A stretch of DNA of 63,482 nucleotides, counting the filler, from Stramenopiles sp. TOSAG23-6 (taxonomy: Eukaryota): assembly GCA_900128565.1 (NCBI GenBank). It is 7 parts of 7 records of this genome, joined end to end, with 100 filler letters (N's around TTAATTAATTAA, not from the genome) between each part and the next. Parts side by side here need not be neighbours in the genome. Positions count along the whole stretch, not along the records: positions 51,793 to 62,011 come from LT636328.1; positions 62,112 to 63,482 come from LT639154.1; 5 more parts are not named here. One strand, written 5' to 3'. Shown one piece after another: positions 59,641 to 63,482 of this stretch (positions are counted from its first letter, which is position 1; every line of letters begins with the position of its first letter). Both the position numbers and the translations under genes were made by a program. Under the pieces are notes generated by a model that saw only the letters and a list, made by a program, of their open reading frames with translations, did not search any database and was not told where the DNA came from.

Positions 59641-60699
59641 ATGAATCTGAAAATTAAAAATAACAGAAAGAGAGCGGCATTTGATGCTATTCTTGTGTCG
59701 GAGGGAGGAGTAATTACAGTAGATCCCAAATACAGAGAACAGTTAGTAACGGTGAGAACCACTGAAGCTGCTATACAAGAAATGCGTGCTTTACTACTCT
59801 GTTGTCACCACCAAAATGCATCAAGTAGTTTGCGGCGTCTTTATCAATTTGGAGGTGCACTTACTATTGGTCCTTGGGGAATTATTCAAGACTTCATATC
59901 GACTTTTGAAATGCCGAATAATGCAACTAGTATTGGTGATAATGCATTTTATAGTTGTACATCATTAACAAAAATTACAATACCAAATAGTATAACTAGT
60001 ATTAGTTCTTGTGCCTTCCGAAATTGTAAATCATTAAAAACAATAGCAATACCAAATAGTGTAACTAGTATTGATAGTGAAGCATTTGAATTGTGTACAT
60101 CTCTACAGTCAATTACACTATCAAATAAGGTTACTAGTATAAGTGATTATGCCTTTGCTGAGTGTACATCTCTCAAAACACTTACGATTCCCGATACAGT
60201 TACCAGCATCGGCCATAGTGCCTTTCGTAAATGCAAATCCCTTCAGTCTATAATGATACCTATTAGCGTTACTAGAATTGGTAATCGAGCGTTTCGAGAC
60301 TGTCAATCTCTACAATCTATTCAAATACCGAATAATTGTACTAGTATTGGTTCTCATGGTGCATTCTATAAATGCGCATCATTACAAGAAATTACATTAC
60401 CGAGTAGTTTAACTAGTATTAGTGATTATCAGTTCTATAGCTGTACATCACTTGAAAAAATTACTATACCGAATGGCGTGACTAGTATTGGTGAATGTGC
60501 TTTCTTTTATTGTAAATCCCTGAAAACAATTACACTCCCAAACAGTCTGACTAGTATTGGTAATTTCGCTTTTGAAGGTTGCGAGTCACTGCATCGTGTG
60601 GAAATACCAGAAAGTGTTACTCATTGGGGATCGAAAGTCTTTGATAAGCACACAGTAGAACACCCTATGTCTTTTTTAAATTCAAAACAAAATAAATAG
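59641..60699 (+). CDS. BspA-like (TpLRR/LRR_5) leucine-rich repeat protein
   Basis: About 10 repeats of IPNSVTSIG..AF..C.SL..I. Confidence 0.9.
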   Translation: MNLKIKNNRKRAAFDAILVSEGGVITVDPKYREQLVTVRTTEAAIQEMRALLLCCHHQNASSSLRRLYQFGGALTIGPWGIIQDFISTFEMPNNATSIGDNAFYSCTSLTKITIPNSITSISSCAFRNCKSLKTIAIPNSVTSIDSEAFELCTSLQSITLSNKVTSISDYAFAECTSLKTLTIPDTVTSIGHSAFRKCKSLQSIMIPISVTRIGNRAFRDCQSLQSIQIPNNCTSIGSHGAFYKCASLQEITLPSSLTSISDYQFYSCTSLEKITIPNGVTSIGECAFFYCKSLKTITLPNSLTSIGNFAFEGCESLHRVEIPESVTHWGSKVFDKHTVEHPMSFLNSKQNK

Positions 60700-60805
60700 A
60701 ATGATGATAATATGACAACTTAAGAGTTTCTATCTACAACTAAAATAAAAATATAATATTTACTACATAACTTGAGATCTTGTTTTACAATTTGAGCACT
60801 AATTT

Positions 60806-61168
60806 TTACCTCTTCGACAGGTCTGTATTTGGAAAAAGAAAATCAAAATCCTTTCGAAGGTCGGCGCCAAAGTGAGAGGCTAATTTTGTATAAATAATAA
60901 TGAGCTGAGTCCACTTTATACCTTTTCTAGGATCAAACGACAACACTTTACTAAGAACTTCCCATTCCTGATCTGAAACACCATTTTGATCACCGTCAGG
61001 GGTAGTTGCATCAGTGAGTTTTCCCATCTCTAATTGGTTCAAATAGCTATCCTTGTCCAAGTCAAACTTTTCAAATATGAGGGCAACTTTTGCTGCAATC
61101 TCTTTTGGTACCTCCTCTTTTTTTTCAAGAATGTGCGTATCCTCTAAGTTAACTTGTTCACCACCCAT
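60806..61168 (-). CDS. Small EF-hand protein
   Basis: IFEKFDLDKDSYLNQLE. Confidence 0.75.
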   Translation of the reverse strand: MGGEQVNLEDTHILEKKEEVPKEIAAKVALIFEKFDLDKDSYLNQLEMGKLTDATTPDGDQNGVSDQEWEVLSKVLSFDPRKGIKWTQLIIIYTKLASHFGADLRKDFDFLFPNTDLSKR

Positions 61169-61499
61169 TCTTAGACCAAGAAGAATAACAATATATAACT
61201 TTTAAAGAGTAATACTAATAAAGTATTAGCTACTAATAGCTAGTGTAGCCAGTAGGCGTATCGTAGGTAGTACTAAAAAAAAACTGAATGTTTTTCAAAC
61301 ACGAAAAATCAAATCTAAATCAAATCATGTCAATAATTCGAATTTATTGAGAGTTGGTCAATCTAATCTAATCATAGGAATGTCATATTCCTTGGAAGCA
61401 TATTGAATATTCCAATTTATTGAATTATTATTGAACAACATTATTATAATCAATAGCCAAACACAAAACACAAGTCTGTAATCTCCGAGAACTAAAAAT

Positions 61500-61958
61500 A
61501 TGGAAACAAGATGTGCTGGTTCTTCTGATCTTGAATTATCTGTCCTTGGGTTTGGCTGTTGGCAGCTTGGTAACAAGGGAAAGGATGACTATTGGGAGAT
61601 TGAGTATACCCAGAAGATGGCAAACCAAATGGTTAGTCTTGCTGCAAAGGCTGGTGTGACTTATTTTGATACAGCCGAGGATTACGGAAATGGTGACAGT
61701 GAGCGTGCTCTTGGTGTTGCGTTACGTGAAGGTGGTCTTTTTGGCAGTACTGTTATTGGAAGTAAAATTCTTCCAAATCACTGTGCACCACACGACGTAT
61801 CAAAAGCGTTAGAAGGAACCTTACAAAGACTTGGCGTAGATACCATTGACTTGTATATGGTTCATTGGCCAATTGATAAAAATAGTATGGCTCATTTTGC
61901 ATCTCACGTTAATGGAGGTAATAGAGATTATGCCAAAACTGAAGCTGTCTCCGAGGAT
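61500..61958 (+). CDS. Aldo/keto reductase, first exon
   Basis: LGFGCWQLG, FDTAEDYGNGDSE, LQRLGVDTIDLYMVHWP; a family intron starts at 61959. Confidence 0.92.
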
Positions 61959-62111
61959 GTACGTTTTATTTTTTTTCAAATTCGATTTTTTTTTCGTACG
62001 AAATTTTGTACNNNNNNNNNNNNNNNNNNNNNNNNNNNNNNNNNNNNNNNNNNNNTTAATTAATTAANNNNNNNNNNNNNNNNNNNNNNNNNNNNNNNNN
62101 NNNNNNNNNNN

Positions 62112-62397
62112 ATATACTAACTCATTTGATACTCTTCGAAGCATCATTCGGAAAGAAGGTTTCTTGTCACTTTGGAAAGGTGTTGAATTCGATATTGCCA
62201 GAGGTTTACTTGCAGATCTCACTTTAATGAGATATAGAATAGGTGGCGGGGATCTTAATGACCGAAATATTGAGCGAAGTAACGCTGATGGAAATTTGAA
62301 TGTTGATAAAGCAAATAGACCGAATTTGATTCATAGAGTGTCTACAACGTACACCATTCGAAAGCACAAGTCCGAAAAGTTGAAAAATGATTTGTAG
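62112..62397 (+). CDS. C-terminal fragment of a mitochondrial carrier-like protein
   Basis: YTNSFDTLRSIIRKEGFLSLWKG. Confidence 0.6.
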
Positions 62398-63164
62398 TAT
62401 CAATAAATAGTGGTTACTTACGGCTCGATCAATCTCACACGTGAACGATTACAAAAATGTTTATTATACAAATTCAAAAGATTTTAACGCGATTTTATTC
62501 TTCATGTAAGTTGAACAGTCTGTGAAGGAGATTCTTGCCTCAGAAAACCAAAAGCAACTAACCAAAAACCACGTTCTTGTTTCCGACGGTTTTTTTTTTA
62601 AAGAACCAACCGCCTTTTTCGCTGACTCTATACGTATGGCAAGGTAGTAACTACGTGGACGTAGTCATATCGCATATCATTGTGTTAAACGCTACATATA
62701 AATAATATTTGGGGCAAAATTGTACTGTAGAGCAAGCTCATAATGAAGAAAATGAAATCAGTTATAATACACTTTTTTGTGGCCACGAATATCCTACTAC
62801 TTCCTCAAGTTTCTATAACAGGAAAACAATTCGTACCACTCTCGATTGAAAGAGAACTATTAACAGAAAAAAGTACAGTTTCAAGTTCAGCCGGAACTAA
62901 AGTAGTACCACAACCAGAAATTGAAGATTGTTTGTTACATAAATCAAAGAATCAACCNNNNNNNNNNNNNNNNNNNNNNNNNNNNNNNNNNNNNNNNNNN
63001 NNNNNNNNNNNNNNNNNNNNNNNNNNNNNNNNNNNNNNNNNNNNNNNNNNNNNNNNNNNNNNNNNNNNNNNNNNNNNNNNNNNNNNNNNNNNNNNNNNNN
63101 NNNNNNNNNNNNNNNNNNNNNNNNNNNNNNNNNNNNNNNNNNNNNNNNNNNNNNNNNNNNNNNN

Positions 63165-63482
63165 GCAATGTGTACATATGGAGGGAGACTTCACCTCATG
63201 TATTTTGTCCACGTACTATTCAAATACCAAGTGTGGTAGACGATTTCAAAGATATTACTGTGGAAAAAATAGCATGTAATTCTCACTGTATTTTTGCGCT
63301 AACAAAAGATGGCAATATCTATAAATGGGATATAATGAGACACTTCCATCTTCCTATCGATCTTGATCGGGCTATGCCACAGATGTTTGACCCATTTAAA
63401 GATATTCACGTAAAGCAAGTTTCAATTCAGGAAACTTTCTATGTTGCTTTAACCCAAGATGGAAAGGTATACACGTGGGGAG
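63165..63482 (+). CDS. RCC1-repeat protein fragment (probably continuing ORF from 62743)
   Basis: Frame not in the ORF list: ...VEKIACNSHCIFALTKDGNIYKW...VKQVSIQETFYVALTQDGKVYTWG. Confidence 0.75.

Noticed and set aside
1268-61958. Alternative genetic code or stop readthrough to explain the broken ORFs
   Set aside because: Intronless genes read normally and end with TAA, TAG or TGA; the breaks coincide with the intron family.
10284-62111. Regularly spaced TTAATTAATTAA motif and gene neighbourhood across it
   Set aside because: Artificial linkers between size-sorted contigs; no synteny inference is possible.

Overview
This is AT-rich eukaryotic (protist-type, ciliated: ARL3, LRRC72-like) genomic DNA. 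It is not one locus: six ~10.2-kb contigs of decreasing length plus the start of a seventh are joined by artificial N-TTAATTAATTAA-N linkers. Genes include ARL3, a SEL1/LamG protein, a Sec24 5' part, PI4K-gamma, a bacterial-type NhaB, a USP protein, PDCT/ROD1-like, PIG-M, COMT, MED17-like, an alpha/beta hydrolase, two F-box-like ankyrin-type repeat genes, giant Cys-rich surface proteins, a DUF155/RMD1 protein, ankyrin, EF-hand, BspA-LRR, aldo-keto reductase and RCC1 fragments. The main finding is a family of about 33 complete (plus several contig-truncated) non-canonical introns, mostly ~90-130 nt. Their architecture is Y|GTAYGTTTT...TTTCGTACGAAATTTTGTACCTAAC...TTTGAAATATTTTT...(A)CAT|. By my manual frame reconstruction 25 end in AT, 4 in AG, 2 in GT, 1 in AC and 1 in TT. 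They coexist with ordinary motif-free G|GT-AG introns. All boundaries were inferred by hand from reading frame and remembered protein motifs, without RNA data.
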